Made by a program: the position numbers and the translations under genes | Origin: Azolla caroliniana | Lineage: Eukaryota; Plantae; Polypodiophyta | Reading direction: 5' to 3' | Length of the DNA: 64,000 bases | NCBI GenBank assembly: GCA_043228905.1 | Contig: JBHGNT010000010.1 | Span: forward strand, 12,400,001 to 12,464,000 | Notes under the pieces: generated by a model | The model's input: only the letters and a program-made list of their open reading frames with translations | Databases searched by the model: none | What the model was told of the DNA's origin: nothing | Shown here: positions 38,255 through 50,883 of the stretch, in pieces | Layout: each line of letters starts with the position of its first letter | Position numbering within the stretch: the first letter of the stretch is position 1

Positions 38255-40155
38255 GCTGGAAAAGTGTTTCTTGTTCTTTTTTGAACATGACATCTGAGTC
38301 AAGATATACGTCCTCAGCAGTTTCGTTCTAATTAGAAAAAAAACATTTTCCAAATTAGTTTTCACCAAAATTCTAAGGGGTCACTTGTATTCTGAGTACT
38401 GAATTTTCATAGCAAGTAATACAAATTTGTGTAAGTTAACAATTTTGCTGGTGACAGAAAGCTGAGCAATTTTCATTGGGAGATATTAACCATAACATTT
38501 GGTAGTGGTGAAGCTCGCACATGAGTAACAATTGCCAAGTTTTGTAGTATTTCGAAGTCTGAAATTTCTTTTTATAATACTCTTGCATTTCACCTTTATT
38601 TATTATTCATTATCCACCTGCAAAGTATACATCGACTGACTGGGTTTTGTTGGACTTTTGTGACTAAGTTCATACGCCAAAAACATATATAGATTAAGTG
38701 CCACTCAGTATAAATTTGTGTGCTCCTGGTTTGTGTGACTTCCCTGTGCTTAGAAGATTAATACCTATATGTTCAGCCATTATATTCTGTGTGAGCATTT
38801 GCGTAGCAAGTTATGAATTGTGTTGAAAATTCAGGACTTTTTCAAGGGTGAATATCACAATTTCTGTTGCCTAGTTTGAACTGTGAAAAAGTTGCTGCTT
38901 GTAGAAGCCAAGCTGTGGAGACACTCATAGAGGAATTCGGTATGTTTTATTATCCTTGCCACTCTTTATCTTTTCACTATTTAGTGGACTTGCACACCTC
39001 TTATTGCTATGTTAGGATTCTTTTGTCTCAGTTCAGGCATGTGATAGCTTAGTTTGTAGCTGCTGTATAAGCTTCTTATATATGTATGAATGCTAGTAGT
39101 CGTGAAAGCATTGGACACTTAATGGAAGGTGTGGAACGACATAGTAGTTTGAATCTTAATGCTGTGTAGTTTTCAAAACCCATAACTAAATAAGAACATG
39201 AATGAATGCCAAATTAGAAAGAAATGGGCGTTGTAACCATTATGCCTATTCTTGAGATATTTTTCATTTCGTCCACAGGCTTAAATACGCATCAAATAGT
39301 GGGATAACCGTGCAATGGTTATGACGTTATTCATCCCCCTTGTCATCGTCAAAGCCATGAAGCATAATAATATTACATGTTCCAAATTGTTGGCTCCATT
39401 TCCTTTATATTCAATCTCTATGCAATTTAATTACATTCCACTACCAACTACATTTCAATTGTGCCATTTAAAAGTATGGCCCTCCTAAAAGCATGGATAT
39501 TATATATATAGAAATGTTTAACCCAGTATTCACGTATATGCATGGATGGTAAATAGATGTATAATCTCTAGTGGGGGGGCATTTGGTGAGATCGATCGAT
39601 CTGGGCCTTTTGCTCTGCATCTATCTATCTACCTATCTATCTGGTTAGTTAGCTCTAGATCTTTTTCGACTTTCTTGGTTCATCATCACTTGTTGGTTGT
39701 GTAATTGTTTTCTTCCTCCACAATGTCACGGACATTTGGTGATTTGCTTCATCTTCGGATATTTTCACCCCGGATTCTCTTGGCTTCTCTCCTTGTTGCT
39801 TTCTCCTAATTAATTAAATTATATCGCTCACTCTTCTAGGCAGGTACCCACCGACCTCCAAACCCTCTATCTTGGTATACATACATACATACGTACATGC
39901 ATGCATGCATGCATAGTGTGTTATGTGGAGTTATCTCTCCAGTTGATGGATGACGTAGATGAGATGAGGATCCTTCGCGTTTTGGCTTTGGCTTTGGCTT
40001 TGGCTTTCGTCAAGCTATCCCATGCACAATATGCCTTAACATTAGCTTGAAACGCTACACATTTAGTGAGTGAGTGAGTGAGTGCACTTGTCCCATTCTT
40101 ATAAACACATATATAATTGAGCATTGTAATTATAAGTTACTTGTTTGGTCACAAT

Positions 40156-41677
40156 TGTTAGAAGTTATAAATAACTAATTAGCTGACAGTGAGCAACTAC
40201 TTCGTTAATTACTAAATATAACCCCACACCACAAGTTATTAATAGTAAAAAAACATGGTATCAGAGAATCAAGAGTATGAAGCCTGAAAATATATTACCC
40301 GCACCATACTCTACTTTTGTTGATCAATATATATATATATAATAAAAAAAAGATAATAGCCTCAACATTATGACAAGCTCCACTTAAACAAGAAAATACT
40401 CGGTAGATAGACTTACCGCAAAAACTACAGAATTTGGAAACCAAGGATGGAGCTACTACTTGATTTGGAGGAGCTACTTGAAGTCATCACCGAAACCTGT
40501 TAAGCACAAAAAAATACACAATCAAAAGCATGGAAAGATTGGAAAAACAAAGACAAAAGGGCAAAGCTTGAAACACTGCTACATGTAGAAGACAAGCAAG
40601 CTGATGGCATTCGAAAACTCACAACTACAACAGAAATGTGGTCCAAAGTAAAATAGATGTTTGAACCACAAGATGGTACTACTAGAATCCATACTCTTCC
40701 TACCTTGTTTCACATGTGGGTTTTGTAGGAAGAAGAAAATGTTCTTACCTTCTTGGATACCTGGGAGATATATCTCGAAGAAGCTATCATTGCGGGAAAT
40801 AAAATCTCAGAAGAAATGAAGATTGAGCTCCTATTGAGTAAACTTCTAGAATCCTGGAGCACGTTTGTCACCATGAATAGCCAAGGAAATTCTTTGTCTG
40901 ATTTGATTACCAAGATCCGCCATGAAAAACTTCGGCGACAATTAAAAGAATCCACTCTATCTTTGGCAATGACTGTAACATTTAGCAGAACACAAAAATC
41001 ATCTTATAATAATAGATATAGAGCTAAATCGGATGCTTACAGAAATGCAGAAATATCAAGTACCAACAAGGTAAATGATGCTTGGAAAGCTTCAACAAAA
41101 CAATCCAATGGTGGTTTCAAACTGATTTGCAGATATTGTAAGAAAGAAGGGCATACAGAAAGGGCATGTCGATTGAAGCAAGTTGCAGAGAACAAAAGAC
41201 GATCACAAGAAAATAATGCAACATTAGAAGACAAATCAAACTTGAAGTCAAAAGAATATATAGAATTTGGATGAAATACCAGAAGATGACAATATTTTGC
41301 AAGCATACCATGTCACTACAGAAGAGACAAAAACCGACCATGATACATGGTACCTAGACACTAGTGCTACACATCACCTCACATATCGAAAGGACTGGTT
41401 GAATTGCTATAAGATTCTTTCCAATCCACTATCAGTTACTTTTGGAGACAACAAACGAAAAACAACAATCGGAAAAGGAACTATTGAACTCAGATTGTCA
41501 GACAATCACGTGATTACAGTCCCAAATGTCTATTATGTACTAGGACTAGTTAAACACCTATTATCAATTGGACAAGCAACTGTAGATGGACTAATAATAC
41601 AATTATGTAAAGAGAACGCAATTCTAATTTTCAAAACTGGAAACACAAGTACACAGTTGGTGTGTCCTAAGGAGACG
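40156..41677 (+). mobile_element. Ty1/Copia 5' remnant (short LTR to 40255, iMet PBS, gag-protease) truncated by tRNA satellite block 2
   Basis: CA|TGGTATCAGAG at 40254-40267, CRYCKKEGHTERAC zinc knuckle, WYLDTSATHHLT protease, VPNVYYVLGLVKHLLSIGQ. LTR start uncertain. Confidence 0.85.
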
Positions 41678-41973
41678 ACTAGAATATTACATTAACTAAT
41701 TTATTTACTAAATGAATTCCATTGTAGTCTAGTTGGTTCGGATCATTGCTTTTTTACCCGACACGCCTGGGTACAACTACAAGCAATGATAACACTAGAT
41801 ACATCATAGATCATAAGTTCATGTGGGTCCGATAAAAACCCTTGAAATTATTAAATCTTAAAAATGACAATGTGTTACAATAATCCTCAGTTTTTCGTTA
41901 ATGCTTGCGCAATATATAAATATTATTTATTTCTAACCAATGATTGCAATATTAAAAAGCACACAAGATGTGA

Positions 41974-42046
41974 TCCATTGTAGTCTAGTTGGTTAGGATA
42001 CTCGGCTCTCACCTGAGAGACCTGGGTTCAACTTCCACCAATGGAA
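41974..42046 (+). pseudogene. tRNA-Glu(CTC) pseudogene
   Basis: Five substitutions in the anticodon and T stems (acctgagagacctgggttcaacttccacc). Confidence 0.8.
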
Positions 42047-42352
42047 AAGACAATATCATATATCAAATTTTGTGACGCGTGTCATTTCTTAACTGTTCGA
42101 TAACTCAAAAACTCAAGACCTAATGTAGTTTTTACAATAATGTACAATTAATAAAATAATCAATATTATGTTTGGAGGATTGATAAAGAACTTTTCTTTG
42201 ATTTTTTTCTCCTAACATCAATTTACTAACTAAATCATTTACTAAATGAATTCCATTGTAGTCTAGTTGGTTCGGATCCTTGTTTAAGCAATATATAAAT
42301 ATTATTTATTACAAATCAATGATTGTTACGATAAAAAGCACACAAAATGTGA

Positions 42353-42412
42353 TCCACTGTAGTCTAGTTGGTTACGATACTCGGCTCTCACCCGAGAGAC
42401 CCCAGCAATCGA
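42353..42412 (+). pseudogene. tRNA-Glu(CTC) pseudogene lacking the T-arm
   Basis: ...cccgagagaccccagcaatcgaa: B-box deleted between the two CCC runs. Confidence 0.8.
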
Positions 42413-43888
42413 AACGACAATATCATATATTAAATTTCGGACGCATATCATGTGTTAACAGTTTGACAACTCAAAAACTCAAGACCTAAAGTAGATGTTA
42501 CGATAATGTACAATTAACAAAATAATCAATATTATGTTTGAAGGATTGATGACGAACATTACTTTGATTTTTCTCTCCTAACATCAATTTCTAAACTTAA
42601 TCCCATTATTCGATTAATGGTAGAGGTTTCAAATGAAATTGAACAAAACATTATGTTGTTCGGGACAATAAGAATCAATATCTTTGGTTGTGGTTATTCC
42701 TCAACATTGGTATGACAAATTAGTACACCAACAATTATAGTTTGGATAATTGGATACAATTTCAAAAAATACGCATAGATTGCAGAATAATGGTCAAATG
42801 TCGATGAGCATTGCACCATGTTTGTTTATTTATAACAAAGGGCTAGAATGGTACATTAACTATTTCATTTACTAAATGAATTCCATTGTAATCAAGTTGC
42901 CTCGGATCCTTGCTTTTTACCTGAGACGCCCGGGTACAAGTAGATCTATCATATATCATGAGTTAATGTGGCATCGATAAAAACCCTTGAAATTATTAAA
43001 TGTTGAAAATGAAAGTGTGTTAGAATAATCCTCAATTTTTTGTTGATGCTTGCAAACTTAATCCCATTATTCAATTAATAGAAGAGGTTTCAAATGAAAT
43101 TTGACAAAACATTAGGTTGTTCGGGACAAGAAGAAACAATATATTTAGTCATGGTTATTTGTCAACATGGTTACGACAAATTAGTACACCGACAATTATA
43201 GTTTGGATAACTTCATAGAGTTTCCCGAAATACGCATAGATTGTAGAATAATGGTGAACTCTCGATCAACATTGCATCATAGTTCTTTATTTGAAGCAAA
43301 GCACTAGAATATTATATTAACTAATTCATGTACTGAATCAATTCTATTGTAGTCTAGTTGGTTCGGATCCTTGTTTTTTACACGAGACTCCGGGGTACAA
43401 TAATAGGCATTGGAAAAACTAGATACATCATAGATCATTATGTAATGTCACATCAATAAAACCCCTTGAAATGATTAAATGTTAAAAACGAGAGTGTGTG
43501 AGAGTAATCCTCAGTTTTGTGTTGATGGTTGCGCAATATGTAAATATTATTTATTACTAATCTATGATTGCAATATATCTATACACAAGATAGGAGCCAT
43601 TGTAATCTAGTTGGTTAAGGACAACATTATGTTGTTCGGGAAAACAAGAAGCCGTATATTTGGTTTTGGTTAATCGTCAACATTGGTACGACAAATTAGT
43701 ACACCAACAATTATAGTTTGGATAAGTCGATACAATTTCAAACAATACGCATAGATCGCAGACTATTGGTCAACTATCGATGAGCATTGCACCATGTTTC
43801 TATATTTGAAGTAAACCACTAGAATATTACATTAACTAAATCATTTACTAAATGAATTCCATTGTAGTCTAGTTGGTTCGTATCCTTG

Positions 43889-45969
43889 TGTCGACTCGTA
43901 CCTGGTGCTGGCGCGCTCGCTACAAGAGTTGACCCACCACAAGAGCAGAGTCTCGATGTAGTTCAAAATATCATCAAATGAGGGTAGCTAGGCCTCTTAT
44001 TTATAGCGATACCCAATGCCCCCAGGCAAGTTCACACTTGACCTAAAGGGTTATCTCAATCCCGAGGATTAAAAGTAATCCTCCCCTTCTTTACACTTTC
44101 GTTTAACCCTCACACTTATCCACGTGTATAGAATACTATGGTAAATTCTCACCACGGGATATTAAATGGTCATGCCCGTAACATACTCCCCCTCTTTAAA
44201 ACATTGCACTCTTGCAATGGAAAGTTAGGGAAATTAGTTCTGAGAGTATTTTCGCGTTCCCATGTGGCATCTTTTATTGATTTATCCATCCATTTTATTT
44301 TAAATTCTCGGATTTCTTTAGTACGTAATTTTTTTGTTTTAACATTGAGAATTCTTTCTGGTACATGTGGTTTAGAGGATAATTCTTCAGAAGTAACCAG
44401 AGTTTCAGTTGTAACTGTATTGTCGCCAGAACCTAGAAGTTCTTTTAGACGACTCACATGAAAGACTGGATGAATTCCGACACCATCGAGAAGAGCGAGA
44501 CGATAGGCTGATGACCCAATGCGTTTGAGGATTGTAAATGGTCCACAAAATCGTGGGGCTAACTTAGCGCACTTACCCGTAGACAATGTCTTAGAATTAT
44601 GAGGTACACGTAACAATACCTTCTGTCCAGGGTTGAATACACGAGGTTGCCTATGATGATCGGCATAAAAACGCGCTCTATCTTGAGCTGTTTTTATATT
44701 ATCTCGTGCAATATACAACATATCTTGCATATCCCAAAGAAATTTTTGCGTACTTCGCAACTCATCATGATGTATATTAACATCAATCGGGGCTCGTGGC
44801 TGAAAACCATACATCAACATAAAAGGACTATATCCCGTCGACGTATGCTTGGAGCTGTTATAAGCAAACTCCAAAATTGGGAGATAACGTTCCCAATTTG
44901 TTGGTTTTGCACCAACGTATGCTCGAAGCATGTCCTCAATAATTTGATTTACTCGTTCTGTCTGTCCATCGGATTGAGGATGATCCGTGGAGCTCATGCT
45001 CAACGTAGTTTCTAACTTCTTAAAGACTTGCGTCCAGAAGTCACTAGTAAACTTTGGATCTCGATCACTCACGATATCCATCGGTAACCCATAAAAATGA
45101 AATAATTCGTCAACAAATTGGTAAGCCAATTCAGGAGCTGTTACCGTGGTTTTAGTAGCAATAAATCTGGCCATTTTAGTTAGTCGATCAACGACAACCC
45201 AGATGGCATCATGACCTTTTTGGGTGCGAGGAAGGCTAACAATAAAATCCATGGATATACTTTCCCACTTATTATTGGGAATGTCCAAGGGATGTAAAAG
45301 TCTTGCGGCTTTAAGTCGCTCAGCTTTGTTAACCTGACACTGGTGACATTTAGTCACATAGCTATGTATGTCAGGACGCATCTTAGGCCAATAAAACTGA
45401 GTGAAGATGAGAACGAGTGTACGATGTATTCCAGGGTGCCCTGCTTAGGGTGCATCATGGCATTCAAAAAGAATCCTCTTTTTGACCTCAGGTAAATCTG
45501 GAACACAAACCTTCCCATTACGGTAGAGCAAACTGTTAGCAATGTGGAAGTATTCCTTCGAGGATGTGGTGGTGTCTGTTCCAGACTCAACTCTTGCCCA
45601 GTATTTTGCAAAATAACTATCATCAGGATACTTTCCTCGAAGGTGATCATAAAGATCTGATGTTATTTCAGTGAAGCTAAGCATGTTAACTTCACGGATG
45701 CGACTTAGTGCATCAGCGATAGTGTTCATGGAACCTTTACGATATCGTATGGAAAAATCAAAGTCCTGGATGAGATCAGCCCATCGTGCCTTACGACCTT
45801 TCAGGTCTTGTTGGTCACAGAAATATTTCAAGGACTCGTGGTCCGTAGTTACCACAAAGCGATTTCCATAAAGATAATGGCGCCATGTTTTGAGCGCATG
45901 TATAACTGCAAGTAATTCCTTTTCTTGAATGGTATACCGACATTGAGCAGAATCAAGTTTCTTACTCTC
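43889..45969 (-). mobile_element. Second-family Ty3/Gypsy chromovirus (Tekay/Reina-like), 3' part: RNase H end, integrase, chromodomain, PPT, 3' LTR 43889-44183
   Basis: WESISMDFI, VVVDRLTKMARF, SDRDPKFTSDFW, KLAPRFCGPF, PERILNVKTKKLRTKEIREFKIKW...DATWE. PPT gagggggagta then TGTTAC...CGACA LTR. Clade call is from motif memory. Confidence 0.9.
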
Positions 45970-46292
45970 ATTCCCATTGAACCGGCCAACTCGATCGACC
46001 ACCCTTTCGACGGCTTGTTGAGCCGCATCTCGCTTCGCCATCTTCCGTCCGACTTCCATTACGATTTTTGCCATCATCTCCTCGAAGTCGAAGTCTTGTT
46101 CCATCTCCATGCTCCCTTGCCGCCCTTCACGTCGGGTTCACCAAAGATGTCGCGTTGTTACGCGCGTGCGTGTAGAAGGGGCGAGACCACGGGGGTTGTC
46201 ATGAACAATACTGAGACAGAGAAGGAATTAGTACTAAATGAAGGATTAGTACTATGAGAGGTGTGGAACTTCTTCGAGAGAAGGAAGAAGTG

Positions 46293-46355
<63 letters not shown>

Positions 46356-49300
46356 TGATAAGAAAGATATTTATTATATGAAGAGAATATACAACGGTGG
46401 CTAACAGGCTTAAGACTGGCGTTGAACCAATTTGGTTCAACATAGCCTAGTGCCCTCTTTTATAGTGTTTTCAGGAGTAATCCTGAAGCTTCTAGAATGT
46501 TGCAGAGAAATCTGGAATATACACTAATTTCCTATAATAAAATGTAAATGAAAATAATATCCTACGTATTACAATAGATGGTCTAATGGTCAAGAGCTCG
46601 ACCCATATAACCTAAGGTCATGGGTTCGAGTCTTGCCATATCATGACACTATCCCCCCTTTAAAACGACGAGTGTCACGAGTCGTCTTGGATTGAGGACC
46701 CGGTTTGTGTGGATATTGATGATGGAAGTCTTCAAGAAGAGCACGAGCATTGGTTACATTCTCGATCGGTTCCCAAGTATGTTCGCTGGGACTATAGCCT
46801 AGCCAATCGACTAGATAGTAGAGCTTGTTGCGAATAATCTTGGAATCAAGGATGGCGGCAACCTCGACTCCGGCCCATCTTCAAGCTCGATCGGGGGTGG
46901 AGGTTGGATAAGACGTTCTGGGATGGTGCTCTCGTGGTAGGGTTCGAAGAGAGAACTATGAAACACCCGATGTATCCGAAGTTGAGGAGGTAGATCGAGA
47001 CGAAAAGCGACATCATTAATCTTTCCAATAATACGGAAAGGACCTAATCGCCGATAATCCAACTTCTCACATGGGCGAGTAGTCTTGATGTGTCGTTGTA
47101 GCAGCCACACCCGATCTCCAATATTAAAACTAGATGGAAGTCGATGACGATCCGCGTAGACCTTGTGTGTTTGTTGAGCTTGCTGGAGATGAGTAGATAA
47201 ATCCGCTTGTATCTTGCGTAACCACTCCAAACGATCCTCCGCGCACGGATTTGTGGACAGCTCTGGGGTTTCAAGTACACTCCACTAGGGGTGACATCCC
47301 GTATAAGCATAAAATGGCGTAACTTTAGTGGATGCGTGGATAGAGTTGTTATAGGCAAATTCGGCGAAGTGGAGAATATTTGCCTAGTCGTCTTGATGAT
47401 AGCTGAGAAAGCACCGCAGATACTGCTCCAACGTTTGATTTGGTCGTCAGTTTGTGGGTGGTAGCCGGAAGAGAGGTTACAAGTGACCTTGAGCATGTTA
47501 AAAAGGTGCTTCCAAAATTTTGACACGAACTGGGGTCCACGGTCGCTGATGATACTATCGGGGAGTCCATGATGCCGACATACTTCACGCATGACAATTT
47601 CGGCAGTGTCTTCACTGGAGATCTCCTTAGTACATGGCAAGAAATGAGCCATCTTCGTATATCGATTGACCACCGTTAGAATCGCATTGAACCCCTTAGA
47701 GACTGGAAGATCTGTGATGAAGTCTAGAGCAATGGATTGCCACGGCTTGCTTGGAATTGGTAATGGTTCTAATAAACCATATGGATGATGCCTTGGCATT
47801 TTCGCTCTGCATAATGTATCACAAGTCCGAACAAAATCCTCGACAAATTGTCGCATACAGGGCCACCAGAATGATCATTGTACTAAATGTAATGTATTAG
47901 TACTACCAAAATGCCCAGTTGTATGTGTCATGACAGTTTTGTACTACTTGAAGGTGGCAAGAACCATTAGGAACATACAAAAGTTCTTTAAAGAAGAGTA
48001 ATCCATCATGGTATTTGAATTGCCGATAGTCCGTACTTGGTGGTTGCGACTGTGAACACGACGCTCGAGAGGGATCAATTTGTGCTAGTATAGCTTGGGC
48101 GAACGCATCTGTCTTCAAGTCTTCACGTATGGTATTGATAACGTGGGAATCCATAGGCATGTCAAAGATTTGTGTTGCTTGTAGTCGTGCCGGTCCCAAG
48201 ATGACTTGTTTTTGGTTATCGAAAGCTGGCTCGCCGGGACGGGGTGCTAGATACGAACGCCGTGATAATGCATCTGCCTTCCCTTGGTGCCTCCCCGGAC
48301 GATATGTAATTTTGAAGTCGAAACGCGTGAGGAAGTGGGCCCACCGAGCTTGACGTCGATTCAACACACGAGCATCTTGAAAGTAGGCAAGATTCTTGTG
48401 GTCACTAAATACGGTGACTGAATGAGAGGATCCCTCCAGAAAATGCCTCCATTGCATAAAAGAATCCACTATTGCCAATAGCTCCTTATCATGAATTTCG
48501 TAGTTGATTTCGGCGGCATCAAACTTGCGTGAGTGAAAAGCCACAGGATGTAGCTTTTCATCATTCCCCTGTTGTGAAAGAATGCTCCCCAATGCAAAAT
48601 CCGATGCGTCAGCTTCGATGTAAATGCTTTTTTAAGACTCTCGAAAGCCATGTCCGTTTCTTCAGACCAGATGAACGGTTGTCCCTTCCTGGTAAGTCGT
48701 GTGAGAGGTAGAACGATCTTTGAGTAATCTTGTATGAACTTCCGGTAAAAATTGGCAAAGCCTAAGAAGCATTGCACATCCCGTACCGAACGCGGAGTCT
48801 GCCATTCTACCACCGTTTTGACCTTAGCTGGGTTCATGGAGATGCCTTCTGACGAAATGATGTAGCCGAGAAATTCCACTTGGTTGCACCTGAAACTACA
48901 TTTTTCTAGCTTTGCATACAGACCATGTTCTCGAAGTCGTTTTAGTACTAATAGTACATGAGAATCATGTTCTACTTGGGTCTTTGAATAAACCAGTAGA
49001 TCATCCAATTAGATGATCAAACAATCATCCAATAGATCTCGGAATATATCATTAGCCATGTGCTGGAAGACTATCGGCGCATTAGTGAGGCCGAACGGCA
49101 TGACAGTGCCCATATCTGGTGCGAAACACGGTCTTCCATTCGTCTCCTAGTCGGATCCGTACGAGGTTATATGCTCCCCGTAAGTCGATCTTCGTGAAGA
49201 ACCTGGCACCATTGATCCGTTCTAAAAGATTTGAGATAAGGGGAAGAGCATACCTATTCCTGATTGTAACCTTATTCAAGCCACGGTAATCTACAACGAG

Positions 49301-50883
49301 ACGAAGCGATCCATCTTTTTTCTTGACGAAGAAAATGGGCGCACCGGCTGGAGATTTCGAATGTTGAATGAAACCATTTTCCAAATTCTCCTCTATATAG
49401 GCCCGAAGGACTTCCAGCTCGGTTGGTGACAAATTGTAGATCGGTCCCCATGGCGGCTCTTTTCCCGGTTCTAAATCGATGGGGCAATCGTACGGTCGAT
49501 GATGAGGAAGTGTGTTGGCTTGTACTTTATCGAACACATCGGTGTAATGACGATACTTCTCGGGAAGTTGAACGGTGGATTCTTCTTTAGTGGTGTTGGA
49601 GGGGTTTACTGATATTGCAAAGAGGAACATTTCCTCATTGTGCCCTTCTTTACGCAACTGACGTAGCAAAATGGTTGCCATCTTCTGAGTTGACCCTTGG
49701 GTTTGTCGACACCGGATTTCTCTTGTTCTCCAATCTATGTCAGGGTTATGTAACTCGAACCACGGTAGTCCTAAAACTATAGGATGTTCTGGGATACTAA
49801 TAATATTAAAAGATACTACACATGCTAAGTTATCTAGGACAATATTAATGGGCTTTGACTCTTCTAGGATATTTCCGGAAGCAATGGAACGTCCATCAAT
49901 GACTACTACAGAGACTGGACATTGGAATTTTCTTAGGGATATCTTATGAGCTTGAGCAAATTTCTTATCCATAAAGCAAGAGTTAGCTTCGGAATCTAGG
50001 AGTGCTAGGACATGTACTGGAGGGGTACTTTTAGTACTAACTATTACTTGGGCTACGAACACATCACTAACTTGCTTAGAGGGAATGGAACCACTAATGG
50101 GCTGCACAGATCTAGGGCTGTCCAACCAAACGGCTCCTATTTTGGTTGGACTTAGTCGTTTAACTCTTCTTCTAACTGACTAAGGACATCAAATTTGTTT
50201 GCTAGATCTGGGATATTAGTACTATTAGGACTATCAGATATCCCTACTGAAATAGGCTCGGATTTAGTACAATTAGAGCTAGTGACTATTTCCTATAATA
50301 AAATGTAAATGAAAATACTATCCTACGTATTACAATAGATGGTCTAATGGTCAAGAGCTCGACCCATATAACCTAAGGTCATGGGTTCGAGTCTTGCCAT
50401 ATTATGACAGGGGACTTGGACTAGGGAGTGGAGGAGAAAGAATAGGACATGATATGGGGCTTAGCTCAAGAGGAAAGAATAAGACCACGACATAGAAGGA
50501 GAGATCGGCGGAGGCAAGATGTTCAACAAGTTATGTTAAAACAACGAATGGTTACAACAATGGTGGCCGCCATGGCCGCACCAAAAATGCCTGTCTCAAA
50601 ACCCTCAAGGAAAACCCAAGAAGAAAGACTAACCGAAACACTAACCCTAAAATGAAATGGGAAGAAGGAGAACCCTCGACTAAGTGGTATACCTTACTCA
50701 CACAAAATAGGTGACCCCTCCCTTCCTTTTATAGCCCAAGGAGGGAGGGACCTTACAATGTGGGACAAAATTTTCCCCTCTCTTTCTATACACCATATCC
50801 TAGTATACATGTGCACATGTTGCACACCACCGACTTGCCCCTTCCACCCCGGTTTCCGCCTATGGGCGAAAATCTTCACGACA
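45970..50883 (-). mobile_element. 5' fragment of a tRNA-Trp-primed LTR element: 5' LTR (46148-50883, interrupted by Tcn1-like copy 2), PBS 46126-46143, start of gag
   Basis: The plus strand reads TTCACGTCGGGTTCACCA, the 3' end of plant cytosolic tRNA-Trp plus CCA as I recall it, 4 nt from an LTR end. The LTR begins TGTCGTGAAGATTTTCG on the minus strand. Gag-like start MEMEQDFDFEE...VDRVGRFNG. Confidence 0.75.
46197..50409 (-). mobile_element. Tcn1-like chromovirus copy 2, with an internal deletion of most of the 5' LTR and gag
   Basis: 3' LTR 46197-46648, 5' LTR remnant ~50288-50409, flanks GGGGT/GGGGA. Pol closely matches copy 1. The deletion junction near 50290 has ATTT microhomology. Confidence 0.93.

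Larger units (their letters stand above)
41678..43888 (+). repeat. tRNA-Glu-derived satellite block 2 (diverged, no fully intact tRNA)
   Basis: Same core modules and spacer order as block 1, with more substitutions. Confidence 0.93.

Noticed and set aside
39560-40120. Possible host gene 5' end (ATG TCA CGG ACA... at ~39723) and an exon-like piece at 38860-38940
   Set aside because: Short frames with no recognisable homology or consistent splice chain; cannot support a call.
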